Origin: Coprobacillaceae bacterium
GTDB lineage: Bacteria; Bacillota_I; Bacilli_A; Erysipelotrichales; Coprobacillaceae
Direction of reading: 5' to 3'
DNA length: 32,000 nt
Assembly (NCBI GenBank): GCA_963675515.1
Contig: OY776328.1
Location: 1,710,001-1,742,000 of the forward strand
Translations under genes and position numbers: made by a program
Notes under the pieces: model-generated
What the model was told of the DNA's origin: nothing
Seen by the model: only the letters and a program-made list of their open reading frames with translations
The model's database searches: none
Shown here: positions 23,721 through 32,000 of the stretch, piece after piece
Layout of the letters: the number at the start of each line of letters is the position of its first letter
Position numbering within the stretch: the stretch's first letter is position 1

Positions 23721-26672
23721 ATGTATTTAAAAAAGATTGAAATTCACGGATTTAAATCTTTTGCGGATAAGGCGGCGGTTACCCTGAAACCGGGGATAAC
23801 CGGAATTGTCGGTCCCAACGGCTGTGGCAAATCGAACATTTCCGATGCCATCAGATGGGTGCTAGGCGAACAGTCGGTAAAAAGTCTGCGGGGTGGCACG
23901 ATGAGCGATGTCATCTTCGCCGGTTCTTCCAATCGCAAGGCCCAGAATCTGGCTGAAGTGACGCTTCTGTTTGACAACAATGACGATTATCTGAATCTTG
24001 GCTACGAACATATCGAGATCACGAGGCGGCTTTATCGCCAAAACGGTGAAAGCGAATATCTGCTCAACCGCCAGCCCTGCCGTTTGAAGGATATCACCAA
24101 TCTTGTCCTTGACAGCGGTATGGGGCGGGATTCGCTCTCGATAATCTCGCAGGGCAACATATCGACATTTGCAGACAGCCGGCCCACTGAACGGAGAGTC
24201 ACTTTTGAAGAGGCGGCAGGGGTTTCCAAATACAAAAAACGCAAGATGGAAACAATCCGCAAACTTGAAAGAACCCAGGAAAATCTCGACCGGATCAAGG
24301 ACATAATCAGTGAAATCGAGACAAACCTGAAGCCGCTAAAAAAACAATACGACAAGGCTCTCAAGTTCCAGGAACTTAAAGTCAAGCTTACCGCCATTGA
24401 AATCGCGGTACTGGTCCATGACATAAAGTCATCCTTGATCAAGAAGGATGAACTGACCGGACAGATCGAAATCATGGCCCAGAAGTTGGGCGAAATCAAC
24501 GGAGATATCGTCATCAATGAAAACAACAATGACAAGCTGGAAGCCTTGATGTCGTCGATCGACAAGGAAGTCGACCAGCTCCAGAACCGGTATCTTAAAG
24601 CCGTCGAGGACGTGTCCAAGCATCAGCTGGCCCTCAAGGACCTGGAGATCAAACAAAAGGAAGCCCAGGATTATTCCAAGGATGACCAGGCGGCGGCGAT
24701 CGCCAAGCTCAAAGGAGATATCGCCACCCAGGTCACAATCTACAATGACCGGGTCAAGCGCCTGAACAGTCTCAAGGAAAACATCCGGCAAAAAAACGAC
24801 AAGCGTATCTCTCGAGTTGAAGATGCGGAACAACAAAAAAACGAAATCAACAGCTTTTTGGTGGCGCTGATGAACAAGGAAAACGAATACAAGAACCTTG
24901 AAAACCAGCTGATCAATTTTTCCGCCTACAACAACGGAGTCAAGGCGATCCTGACAGCCCGAAATTCGTTTCCCAAACTGGTTGGCACAATCTCGGAGCT
25001 TATCTCGGTTGAGTCGAGATATTCGCTGGCGATTTCAACCGTGTTGGGCAACGCTTACCAGAATCTGGTAACCATCGATGATCAAACCGCCAAAGATGCG
25101 ATCAATTTCCTTAAGCGAAACAACTCCGGCCGGGCGACATTCATGCCCCTTAATGTGATGAAGCCGCGTCTCGTAGATGAAAATCACATGCTTGTGGCCA
25201 GTCAGTTTCCCGGATTCCTGGGCAGGGCAAGCAGCTTTGTGGAATGTGATCCTCGATATTTGCCGATTATCGAAAACCTTTTAGGGAATATCCTGATAAC
25301 CACAGGTCTCGACAGCGCCAATGGCCTTTCAAAGGAACTTTATGGTAGATATCGCGTTGTCACGCTTGATGGAGATGTAGTCAACGTGGGCGGTTCATTG
25401 ACCGGCGGGGGCACCCGGAACCCTAAGATCAATATCAATCTTCAGGGCGATTTGGACAAATTGGAAATTGAAATTGAAAATTTCCGAAAACGGATCGCAT
25501 CGAAAAAGAATACCTTCAACGATTATGACAATGAAGTCAAATCGCTGTCCAGCGAGCTTTTCCAGTTGCAGCTGCAATATTCGAAACTCAAGGATGAAGT
25601 CACCGATTACAAAGAGGCGATTGATGAAAACACCGCCCAGTACAAACAACTTACCAATGAGAAGATGAACTTCGAAGAGCTGATGTCCGATGGCGCGTCA
25701 AATGACATCCTCGGAAAACTCAACCAGGCGACGGCTTCAAGGGATGATCTTAGCGCCCAGATCAAATCGAAGCGCCAGCTCAAGATGGAACTGCTTGAAC
25801 AAAGCGACACCATTAAGAAGGTGCTTAAGGATTTAAGAAGCTCGCTTAAAGAACAGCAGGAAAACAAAAGCGCATTGGACATCGAGCTGACCAAGATATC
25901 ATACCGGCTTAACGGCTATCTTGACCGGCTCAACCAGGAATACCAGATGACATATGAATTCGCCCTTGAAAACAGCGATGAAACAGTCGATATCGAGGTC
26001 GCCAAAATAGATGTCATCGAACTTACCCAGTCGATCAAGGCCCTTGGCAATGTCAATCTTGATGCGATTGACCAGTACGGCGAGATTTCATCGAGATACG
26101 AACATCTCACCAGCCAACGCGATGATCTGATCCAGGGTGAGGATGCTTTGCTTCAGGCAATCAAGAAAATGGATGAGATCATGGTTACCAAGTTCAAGGA
26201 GACAGTCGATCTTGTCAACGTGCAGTTCAATGAGGTCTTTCGAAGCTTGTTCGGGGGAGGAAGCGCCAGGTTGATTTACGAAGACGAAAGCGACCTTCTT
26301 GAAACTGGGATCGACATCAATGTCCAGCCTCCAGGCAAGGCGATCCAGAACATCTCCTTGTTCTCGGGAGGCGAGAAGGCGCTTATTGCCATTTCGTGCC
26401 TGTTTGCGATCCTGAAAGTCAGACCGGTGCCGATGTGCATCCTCGATGAAGTCGAGGCGGCGCTCGACCTTGCCAATGTCGACCGGTTTGCCAGATACCT
26501 GAAAAGCTTCTCGCAAATGACCCAGTTCATCGTGGTTACCCACCGCGAGGGGACAATGGAACAGTGCGATCTTTTATATGGGGCAACAATGCAACAACAG
26601 GGAGTTACCAAGCTGGTTGGGGTGGAGCTGTCTGACGCCATCGAACTGACCAGCAGTGAAGATAAGGAGTAA
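23721..26672 (+). CDS. smc: chromosome segregation protein SMC (short form, 983 aa)
   Basis: Walker A GPNGCGKSN, hinge region (GTISELISVESRYSLAISTVLG...GRATFMPLN), signature motif FSGGEKAL and Walker B CILDEVEAALD. Confidence 0.92.
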   Translation: MYLKKIEIHGFKSFADKAAVTLKPGITGIVGPNGCGKSNISDAIRWVLGEQSVKSLRGGTMSDVIFAGSSNRKAQNLAEVTLLFDNNDDYLNLGYEHIEITRRLYRQNGESEYLLNRQPCRLKDITNLVLDSGMGRDSLSIISQGNISTFADSRPTERRVTFEEAAGVSKYKKRKMETIRKLERTQENLDRIKDIISEIETNLKPLKKQYDKALKFQELKVKLTAIEIAVLVHDIKSSLIKKDELTGQIEIMAQKLGEINGDIVINENNNDKLEALMSSIDKEVDQLQNRYLKAVEDVSKHQLALKDLEIKQKEAQDYSKDDQAAAIAKLKGDIATQVTIYNDRVKRLNSLKENIRQKNDKRISRVEDAEQQKNEINSFLVALMNKENEYKNLENQLINFSAYNNGVKAILTARNSFPKLVGTISELISVESRYSLAISTVLGNAYQNLVTIDDQTAKDAINFLKRNNSGRATFMPLNVMKPRLVDENHMLVASQFPGFLGRASSFVECDPRYLPIIENLLGNILITTGLDSANGLSKELYGRYRVVTLDGDVVNVGGSLTGGGTRNPKININLQGDLDKLEIEIENFRKRIASKKNTFNDYDNEVKSLSSELFQLQLQYSKLKDEVTDYKEAIDENTAQYKQLTNEKMNFEELMSDGASNDILGKLNQATASRDDLSAQIKSKRQLKMELLEQSDTIKKVLKDLRSSLKEQQENKSALDIELTKISYRLNGYLDRLNQEYQMTYEFALENSDETVDIEVAKIDVIELTQSIKALGNVNLDAIDQYGEISSRYEHLTSQRDDLIQGEDALLQAIKKMDEIMVTKFKETVDLVNVQFNEVFRSLFGGGSARLIYEDESDLLETGIDINVQPPGKAIQNISLFSGGEKALIAISCLFAILKVRPVPMCILDEVEAALDLANVDRFARYLKSFSQMTQFIVVTHREGTMEQCDLLYGATMQQQGVTKLVGVELSDAIELTSSEDKE

Positions 26673-26674
26673 TT

Positions 26675-27658
26675 ATGGGAATATTCAAGAATATCAAAGA
26701 GATGTTTGTGGGAACTTCCACCAAACAGAATGAAAAATATATCGCCGGGCTTGACAAGTCGAACGCCTCGTTTTCGACAAAGATCAATGAGCTGGCGGCG
26801 CGCTTTCGGGAGCTCAACGATGAATACTTCGAGGAGCTTGAAAACATCCTGATCATGGCCGATGTCGGAGTCGCGATGGTGATGAAGATTGTCGGGGAAA
26901 TCAAGAACGAAGTGAGAATCCAGAACATCAAGGATCCTTCATTGATCAATGACATCATCATCGACAAGATGTTTTTGATCTATGCCAATGAAAGCGTGAT
27001 GTCGACAAAAATCAATTATGCGCCAAGCGGACTGACTGTCATTTTGATGGTCGGAGTCAACGGTGCCGGGAAGACGACGACAATCGGTAAACTGGCCAAT
27101 AGGCTTAAAAATGAAGGCAAGAAGGTGATTGTTGCCGCAGGTGACACATTCCGGGCCGGAGCCACAGACCAGCTTGCCGTCTGGGCTGACCGGGTCGGGG
27201 TGACCATTGTCAAAGGTCCTGAAAACGGCGATCCGGCATCAGTTGTGTTCGATGCCTTGAAACAGGCCAAGCAACAGGACTTCGATGTGCTGATTATCGA
27301 CACGGCCGGAAGGCTGCAAAACAAGGTCAACCTGATGAAGGAACTTGAGAAGATCAACCGGATCATAACCCGGGAAGTAGAAAACGGTCCTCATGAGACC
27401 TTGCTTGTGATCGATGCGACCACCGGTCAAAATGGGGTTATGCAGGCGACTGAATTTGCGAAAATCACCAATATCACCGGTATCGTCCTTTCAAAGATGG
27501 ACGGAACGGCAAAAGGCGGGATTGTCCTGTCGATCAAGGACACCTTGAACATTCCGGTGAAGTTCATCGGACTGGGCGAAGGACTTGACGACCTGCAGGA
27601 ATTCGATCTCGAGCAATATATCTATGGCTTGTGCAAAGGGATTGTCGACAATGGCTGA
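26675..27658 (+). CDS. ftsY: signal recognition particle receptor FtsY
   Basis: NG domain with [38 protein letters not shown] and [10 protein letters not shown]. Confidence 0.92.
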   Translation: MGIFKNIKEMFVGTSTKQNEKYIAGLDKSNASFSTKINELAARFRELNDEYFEELENILIMADVGVAMVMKIVGEIKNEVRIQNIKDPSLINDIIIDKMFLIYANESVMSTKINYAPSGLTVILMVGVNGAGKTTTIGKLANRLKNEGKKVIVAAGDTFRAGATDQLAVWADRVGVTIVKGPENGDPASVVFDALKQAKQQDFDVLIIDTAGRLQNKVNLMKELEKINRIITREVENGPHETLLVIDATTGQNGVMQATEFAKITNITGIVLSKMDGTAKGGIVLSIKDTLNIPVKFIGLGEGLDDLQEFDLEQYIYGLCKGIVDNG

Positions 27659-27980
27659 CAGTCTTGAAAAACAGGCAAGAGTGAACCTGCTTATGGATTG
27701 TTACGAGGAACTGCTTACAGACAAACAACGCAATTATCTCAAGCTCTACTATCAAGACGACCTTTCCCTTTCGGAAATTGCACTGGATCTGGATGTGAGC
27801 CGGAATGCGGTTTACGACAATCTTAAAAAGGCAGTGTCCCTGCTTGAAAGATACGAAGAGAAACTCCATCTGTTGGAAAAACACATGGAGCGTCTTAGCC
27901 TGCTGGAGAAACTTGATGCCTCGCTGGCCAAGGAGAATCCGGAAATTGAAGAATACATAAAAATGTTGAGAAAAGTATAG
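27651..27980 (+). CDS. ylxM: YlxM/UPF0122 putative DNA-binding protein (sigma-70 region-4-like HTH)
   Basis: [41 protein letters not shown] closely matches B. subtilis YlxM as I remember it. The ATG at 27651 overlaps the ftsY stop by 8 nt. The 27585 start in the track is an extension inside ftsY. Confidence 0.8.
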   Translation: MADSLEKQARVNLLMDCYEELLTDKQRNYLKLYYQDDLSLSEIALDLDVSRNAVYDNLKKAVSLLERYEEKLHLLEKHMERLSLLEKLDASLAKENPEIEEYIKMLRKV

Positions 27981-27990
27981 GAGTTATATT

Positions 27991-29382
27991 ATGCCATTTG
28001 AATCACTGTCACAGCGTCTCTCGCAGACGATAAAAAAAGTATCCGGTCAAGGCAAACTTACCGAAGCAAACATGCAGGAGATGTTAAGCGAAATCCGCCT
28101 TGCATTGCTTGAAGCCGACGTCAATTTCAATGTCGTCAAGGATTTCATCGCCAACATCAAGGAAAAAGCCGTAGGAGCGGATGTCATCGGTTCTTTGAAA
28201 CCGGGACAGGTTCTCGTCAAGATTGTCCATGACGAACTGGTGGACCTGCTTGGTGGCGAGGTGGCCAAGGTCTCATTCGAACACAAACCAACGATCATCA
28301 TGATGGTCGGTCTCCAAGGTTCCGGGAAAACAACCACCTCAGGGAAGATCGCCAAATACATCAAGGAAAAGGAAGCGAAAAAACCGCTTCTTATCGCTGC
28401 CGATATCTACCGGCCAGCCGCAGTCGACCAGCTGATCACCCTAGGTAAGCAGATTGATGTTCCTGTCTACCAGCAGGGGACAAGCAAATCGGCCCAGGAA
28501 ATCGTCAGGGAAGGTCTCGCTTTGGCCAAGGAACAAAACAACGATGTAATCATCATCGATACGGCCGGACGGCTCCACATCGATGAGGCGCTGATGGACG
28601 AGCTGATCGACCTGAAACAGATCGCCGCGCCTAGCGAGATCCTGCTTGTAGTCGATTCACTTACCGGTCAGGACATTGTCAATGTCGCATCCTCTTTCAA
28701 TGAACAGCTATCCATCACTGGTGCCGTTTTGACCAAACTCGACGGGGACGCCCGTGGTGGGGGGGCACTGTCGATCCGCCAGGTGGCAAATGTGCCAATC
28801 AAGTATATCGGTACCGGAGAAAAGCTCGACCAGATTGACTTTTTCTATCCTGATCGGATGGCCGATCGGATCCTGGGAATGGGTGACGTTGTCACACTGG
28901 TAGAAAAAGTTCAGGATGTCTATGATGAAAAAGACACCATGAAAACCCTCCAGAAGCTCCAATCCGGCCAGTTCGGTCTGGATGACATGCTTTCGCAGAT
29001 GCATCAACTCAAAAAGCTAGGGCCGCTTTCAGGAATAATGAAGATGATTCCCGGAATGCCAAACATCCCCAAAATCGATGACGACGATACCAACAAGCGT
29101 CTCAAGATGATGGAGGCGCTTATCTACTCGATGACCAAGCAGGAACGCCGCGATCCTTCAATCATCAACGCATCGAGAAAGCAGCGGATCGCCCAAGGTT
29201 CCGGAAAATCGGTAGCCGACATCAATCGGCTCTTAAAACAGTTCGAGGATTCCAAAAAAATGATGAAGATGCTAGGAAACATCGATCCGAACACCGGAAT
29301 GCCGACCCAGCGTCCGGCCAAGGGGCCAAGCGGCTTTGATCCCAACCGAAAAAAAATCCGGCATAAGAAGAAAAAGAGATAA
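27991..29382 (+). CDS. ffh: signal recognition particle protein Ffh
   Basis: GLQGSGKTTTSGKIA, DIYRPAA, DTAGRLH, TKLDGDARGG, a Met-rich M domain and a basic tail. Confidence 0.95.
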   Translation: MPFESLSQRLSQTIKKVSGQGKLTEANMQEMLSEIRLALLEADVNFNVVKDFIANIKEKAVGADVIGSLKPGQVLVKIVHDELVDLLGGEVAKVSFEHKPTIIMMVGLQGSGKTTTSGKIAKYIKEKEAKKPLLIAADIYRPAAVDQLITLGKQIDVPVYQQGTSKSAQEIVREGLALAKEQNNDVIIIDTAGRLHIDEALMDELIDLKQIAAPSEILLVVDSLTGQDIVNVASSFNEQLSITGAVLTKLDGDARGGGALSIRQVANVPIKYIGTGEKLDQIDFFYPDRMADRILGMGDVVTLVEKVQDVYDEKDTMKTLQKLQSGQFGLDDMLSQMHQLKKLGPLSGIMKMIPGMPNIPKIDDDDTNKRLKMMEALIYSMTKQERRDPSIINASRKQRIAQGSGKSVADINRLLKQFEDSKKMMKMLGNIDPNTGMPTQRPAKGPSGFDPNRKKIRHKKKKR

Positions 29383-29390
29383 TTTAACCA

Positions 29391-29425
29391 GCTGTCAAGG
29401 AAAAACACTTGACAGCATCTTTTTT
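29391..29425 (+). terminator. rho-independent terminator after ffh
   Basis: gctgtcaag (29391-29399), loop gaaaaaca, cttgacagc (29408-29416), then atctttttt. Confidence 0.7.
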
Positions 29426-29437
29426 ATATGATAAATT
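29409..29437 (+). promoter_or_regulatory. putative sigma-A promoter of rpsP
   Basis: -35 TTGACA (29409-29414, inside the descending terminator arm), 17-nt spacer, TGaTAAATT (29429-29437). Confidence 0.4.
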
Positions 29438-29501
29438 GATTGAGGATTGCAGGTGTTAAGCTTTAACACTTGACAGTTAAAAAAATTAGGAGGATATTTA
29501 A

Positions 29502-29774
29502 ATGGCTGTTAAATTAAGATTGATGAGAATGGGTGCGAAAAGAGCTCCTTTCTATAGAGTTGTAGCTGCTGATTCAAGAGTTGCACGTGATGGAAAGTAT
29601 ATCGAATTATTGGGAACTTACGATCCTACTAAAAACCCTGCTGCTGTTAAGATCAACGAAGAATTAGCGTTGAAATGGTTGGCTGATGGAGCTCAACCGA
29701 CTGACACAGTTAAAAACCTTTTAGCTAAAGAAGGAATTATCAAGAAGTTCGTTGATTCAAAACAAGGTAAGTAA
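29502..29774 (+). CDS. rpsP: 30S ribosomal protein S16
   Basis: [42 protein letters not shown]. Strong RBS aggagg. Confidence 0.95.
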   Translation: MAVKLRLMRMGAKRAPFYRVVAADSRVARDGKYIELLGTYDPTKNPAAVKINEELALKWLADGAQPTDTVKNLLAKEGIIKKFVDSKQGK

Positions 29775-29776
29775 TT

Positions 29777-30025
29777 ATGGATTATGCCAAAATTCTTAAA
29801 ACTATTGCGGTTGGCCTGGTTGCCAACAGTGATAAATTGGAAGTGCGTCAAATGCCTTCATTAGATGAAAAAACCGTGGTTTTGCATGTTTATTCGTCGC
29901 AAGATGATTTAGGAAAATTAATTGGGCATAAAGGTGTGATTGCCAATTCGATTCGTCAGGTGATGGCTGTTTCAAGCCGCTTTGATGAAAAAAAATTGGA
30001 TATCCAGTTCGAATCGTACGAGTAA
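29777..30025 (+). CDS. ylqC: KH-domain RNA-binding protein (YlqC / KhpA-like, UPF0109)
   Basis: 82 aa with the KH GxxG loop LIGHKGVIANSIR. It occupies the conserved position directly after rpsP. Confidence 0.8.
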   Translation: MDYAKILKTIAVGLVANSDKLEVRQMPSLDEKTVVLHVYSSQDDLGKLIGHKGVIANSIRQVMAVSSRFDEKKLDIQFESYE

Positions 30026-30053
30026 AGCAGATGTGACTACATCTGCTTTTTTT
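30024..30053 (+). terminator. strong rho-independent terminator between ylqC and rimM
   Basis: Perfect 11-bp stem aaagcagatgt (30024-30034), loop gact, acatctgcttt (30039-30049), then a 7-T run ending at the rimM RBS aggaggt. Confidence 0.75.
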
Positions 30054-30063
30054 AGGAGGTAAT

Positions 30064-30576
30064 ATGAAAAAACTGAAAGTTGGCAGAATTCTGACGACTC
30101 ACGGATTAAAAGGCGAATTGAAGATCAAATCGGAAACCGATTACGGGGATGTCCGCTTCGCCAAGGGCAGCAAGCTCTTTATTTCATATAATAAAGAGGA
30201 ATTGGAGCTGACTGTCGCCACGTCAAGAATCCACAAAAACAACTACCTGGTTTCCTTTGTGGGTTATCAGGATATCAATGCCGTTGAACAATTCAAAGGA
30301 ATCGATATTTTCGCCTTCAAGGACGAAAAGCTCCTTGACGAAGATGAAATCTACTTCGACGATCTGATCGGGTGCAAAATCGTCGATGGCGACAACGTGG
30401 TACTAGGGGAAGTTGTCGATGTGATGGAAACCCAGGCCCATGACATCCTGGTGCTAAAAACCAAGTCAAACAAAAAAGCGATGGTCCCTTATGTGGATGC
30501 CTTCATCGAGGAGGTCGACATCGACCAGAAGGTTATCGTGATAAACAATATGGAAGGTCTGATCAATGAAAATTGA
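30064..30576 (+). CDS. rimM: ribosome maturation factor RimM
   Basis: MKKLKVGRILTTHGLKGELKI (RimM N-terminal domain) plus a PRC-barrel C-terminal half (LIGCKIVDGDNVVLGEVVDV...HDILV). Confidence 0.9.
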   Translation: MKKLKVGRILTTHGLKGELKIKSETDYGDVRFAKGSKLFISYNKEELELTVATSRIHKNNYLVSFVGYQDINAVEQFKGIDIFAFKDEKLLDEDEIYFDDLIGCKIVDGDNVVLGEVVDVMETQAHDILVLKTKSNKKAMVPYVDAFIEEVDIDQKVIVINNMEGLINEN

Positions 30577-31294
30577 TATTTTGACGCTGTTTCCGGAGAT
30601 GTTCGAGGGTTTTTTGAACACCTCGATCATCAAACGGGCGATCGCCAGTGAAGTTGCGACGATAAATGTCCATAATTTCCGGGAATTCTCTACGGAAAAA
30701 CACCATCATGTCGATGACACTCCTTACGGAGGCGGACAGGGCATGGTGCTTCAGGTCATGCCGATTGTCGAGTGTTTGAAAACAATAACAACTCCCGATT
30801 CGACGGTCGTGCTGATGTCGCCCCAGGGCCGGACATTCTCCCATCAGGTGGCCCAGGAGTTCGCAAAGTTCAAACACCTGATAATCATATGCGGCCACTA
30901 TGAAGGCTTTGACGAGCGGGTCCGCGATTATGTGGATATGGAAGTCTCGATCGGCGATTACGTTTTGACCGGCGGGGAACTTGGCTCAATGGTCATTTGT
31001 GACGCCACCATCCGCCTGCTCGAAGGGGCAATCCGGCAAAGCTCCCATGAGGACGACTCTTTTGCCAACGGTCTGCTTGAATATCCCCAGTACACAAGGC
31101 CTTACGAATATGACGGCAATGTCGTACCTGACATCCTTTTGAGCGGCCATCACGAAAACATCCGCAAATGGCGTCTGTACAAATCATTGGAAAAGACATA
31201 CAATCACCGGCCTGATCTTCTTGAAAAGCTTGAACTTACTCAAGAACAGAGCAAAATGCTTTCCCAGATCATCGAAAGCAAAGAAAAACAATAA
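30566..31294 (+). CDS. trmD: tRNA (guanine37-N1)-methyltransferase
   Basis: MKIDILTLFPEMFEGFL, DDTPYGGGQGMVL, ICGHYEGFDERV and SIGDYVLTGGE (SPOUT knot). It overlaps the rimM stop by 11 nt. Confidence 0.95.
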   Translation: MKIDILTLFPEMFEGFLNTSIIKRAIASEVATINVHNFREFSTEKHHHVDDTPYGGGQGMVLQVMPIVECLKTITTPDSTVVLMSPQGRTFSHQVAQEFAKFKHLIIICGHYEGFDERVRDYVDMEVSIGDYVLTGGELGSMVICDATIRLLEGAIRQSSHEDDSFANGLLEYPQYTRPYEYDGNVVPDILLSGHHENIRKWRLYKSLEKTYNHRPDLLEKLELTQEQSKMLSQIIESKEKQ

Positions 31295-31300
31295 TTTGTG

Positions 31301-31411
31301 TTGCAAAATCCCTGGAAGTATGCAATAATGTTCAAGTCTTTAAGACTGCACTAGTTCCGCTGGTTAATCGAATGAACTAATAAGACTATACATGTTAAAA
31401 GGAGAAAGAAA
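31301..31411 (+). promoter_or_regulatory. putative rplS promoter plus a roughly 75-nt structured leader (possible L19 autoregulatory leader)
   Basis: -35 TTGCAA (31301-31306), 17-nt spacer, TGcAATAAT (31321-31329). The leader holds small hairpins agtct/agact (31335-31347) and tagttc/gaacta (31352-31379), and taagact is repeated at 31341 and 31381. I could not verify the assignment to the known L19 leader family. Confidence 0.35.
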
Positions 31412-31762
31412 ATGAATTTAGGTGTAATCGACCAAATCACAAAGAAACAATTAAGAACTGACATCCCACAATTTAAAGCTGGGGACTCTTTAAAAGTTTA
31501 CGTAAAAATCAAAGAGGGTGACAAACAACGTATCCAGTTGTTCGAAGGTGTTTGTATCGCTCGCCAAGGTGCTGGAATCTCAGAAACTTACACTGTAAGA
31601 AAAATCTCATTCAGCGTTGGTGTTGAAAGAACATTCCCAGTGCATTCACCATTGATTGACCGTATCGAAGTTGTCAAAGTTGGTAAAGTACGTCGTGCTA
31701 AACTTAACTACTTACGTGGTCTTTCTGGTAAAGCTGCTAGAATCAAAGAAATCAGAAGATAA
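31412..31762 (+). CDS. rplS: 50S ribosomal protein L19
   Basis: [65 protein letters not shown] aaaggag. Confidence 0.95.
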   Translation: MNLGVIDQITKKQLRTDIPQFKAGDSLKVYVKIKEGDKQRIQLFEGVCIARQGAGISETYTVRKISFSVGVERTFPVHSPLIDRIEVVKVGKVRRAKLNYLRGLSGKAARIKEIRR

Positions 31763-31768
31763 TCATTC

Positions 31769-31793
31769 AGGAATGGGGAACCATTCCTTTTTG
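31769..31793 (+). terminator. rho-independent terminator after rplS
   Basis: aggaatgg (31769-31776), loop ggaa, ccattcct (31781-31788), then ttttt. Confidence 0.7.
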
Positions 31794-31811
31794 TTTAAAT
31801 AGGAGGCTATT

Positions 31812-32000
31812 ATGAAAAACATCCAATGGTATCCCGGACATATGGCCAAGGCCAAACGGGAGATAGGTGAAAAACTGAAGGTGATCGATATTGTAATCGA
31901 ACTTGTCGATGCCAGGGCGCCGGTATCGTCGAAAAACCCGATGTTTGACGAGGTCATCAAAAACAAACCCCGTTTGATCGTCATGACAAAAAAGGACATG
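31812..32000 (+). CDS. rbgA: ribosome biogenesis GTPase A (RbgA/YlqF), N-terminal part (3' end lies outside the window)
   Basis: This ORF is not in the track because no stop falls in the window. My own translation from the ATG at 31812 (after aggagg) gives [63 protein letters not shown], the circularly permuted GTPase signature of RbgA. Confidence 0.9.
   Translation, partial: MKNIQWYPGHMAKAKREIGEKLKVIDIVIELVDARAPVSSKNPMFDEVIKNKPRLIVMTKKDM

Noticed and set aside
29470-29498. The second TTGACA upstream of rpsP as an independent promoter.
   Set aside because: The only -10 candidate at the correct spacing (gatatt) overlaps the RBS, and transcription would start at or inside the start codon. A leaderless rpsP is implausible given the strong aggagg RBS.
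1-32000. An alternative genetic code (TGA read as Trp, as in Mollicutes), suggested by the short SMC and compact gene organisation.
   Set aside because: TGA terminates several well-defined genes at the expected family length: truB, ftsY, rimM and the response regulator. No conserved protein requires read-through. The presence of murC and ezrA also indicates a walled cell.
1-32000. CRISPR arrays, tRNA or rRNA genes, prophage modules, and toxin-antitoxin or defence islands.
   Set aside because: Apart from the IS flanks and the 12-13-nt promoter and leader repeats, I saw no regularly spaced repeats and no cloverleaf-like or rRNA-like segments. Intergenic spacers are mostly short, at most about 210 bp, and are accounted for by promoters, terminators and IS ends. 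Every long ORF has a housekeeping, hydrogenase, IS or two-component assignment.

Overview
This 32-kb chromosomal window looks like a moderate-GC Bacillota-type genome. It uses the standard genetic code: TGA ends truB, ftsY, rimM and the response regulator. Genes are tightly packed, almost all on the + strand, and mostly housekeeping. Their order resembles a condensed version of the Bacillus subtilis yt and yl regions, as I remember them. In order:
- murC (3' part), a YtxG-like protein, a YtxH-like protein, a CcpA-like regulator and tyrS
- a minus-strand TtcA-like PP-loop ATPase
- truB, ribF, ezrA, a cysteine desulfurase and thiI
- a five-gene bifurcating-type [FeFe]-hydrogenase operon: NuoE-like, small GHKL-ATPase-like, cysteine-free thioredoxin-like ferredoxin homologue, NuoF-like, HydA
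- ackA, then nrnA with a translationally coupled unknown 553-aa membrane protein
- one IS1202/ISNCY-like insertion sequence flanked by 29-bp direct repeats
- an OmpR-type response regulator and histidine kinase pair
- smc, ftsY, ylxM, ffh, rpsP, ylqC, rimM, trmD, rplS and rbgA (5' part)

I found no rRNA, tRNA, CRISPR array, prophage or recognisable defence or toxin module. I see no convincing evidence for a wholly new multi-gene system.

The most unusual signals, all readable directly from the sequence, are:
1. HydA has a non-canonical H-cluster L1 motif, TSCSPGW instead of TSCCPxW.
2. The HydD-like ferredoxin-fold protein contains no cysteine at all.
3. A minimal GHKL ATPase-like gene is translationally coupled inside the hydrogenase operon.
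4. The IS sits exactly at the -35 box of the two-component-system promoter, with an unusually long target duplication.
5. Intrinsic terminators directly abut the RBS of tyrS and rimM, leaving no room for a promoter.

All homology calls come from motif recognition by eye. No database search was run.
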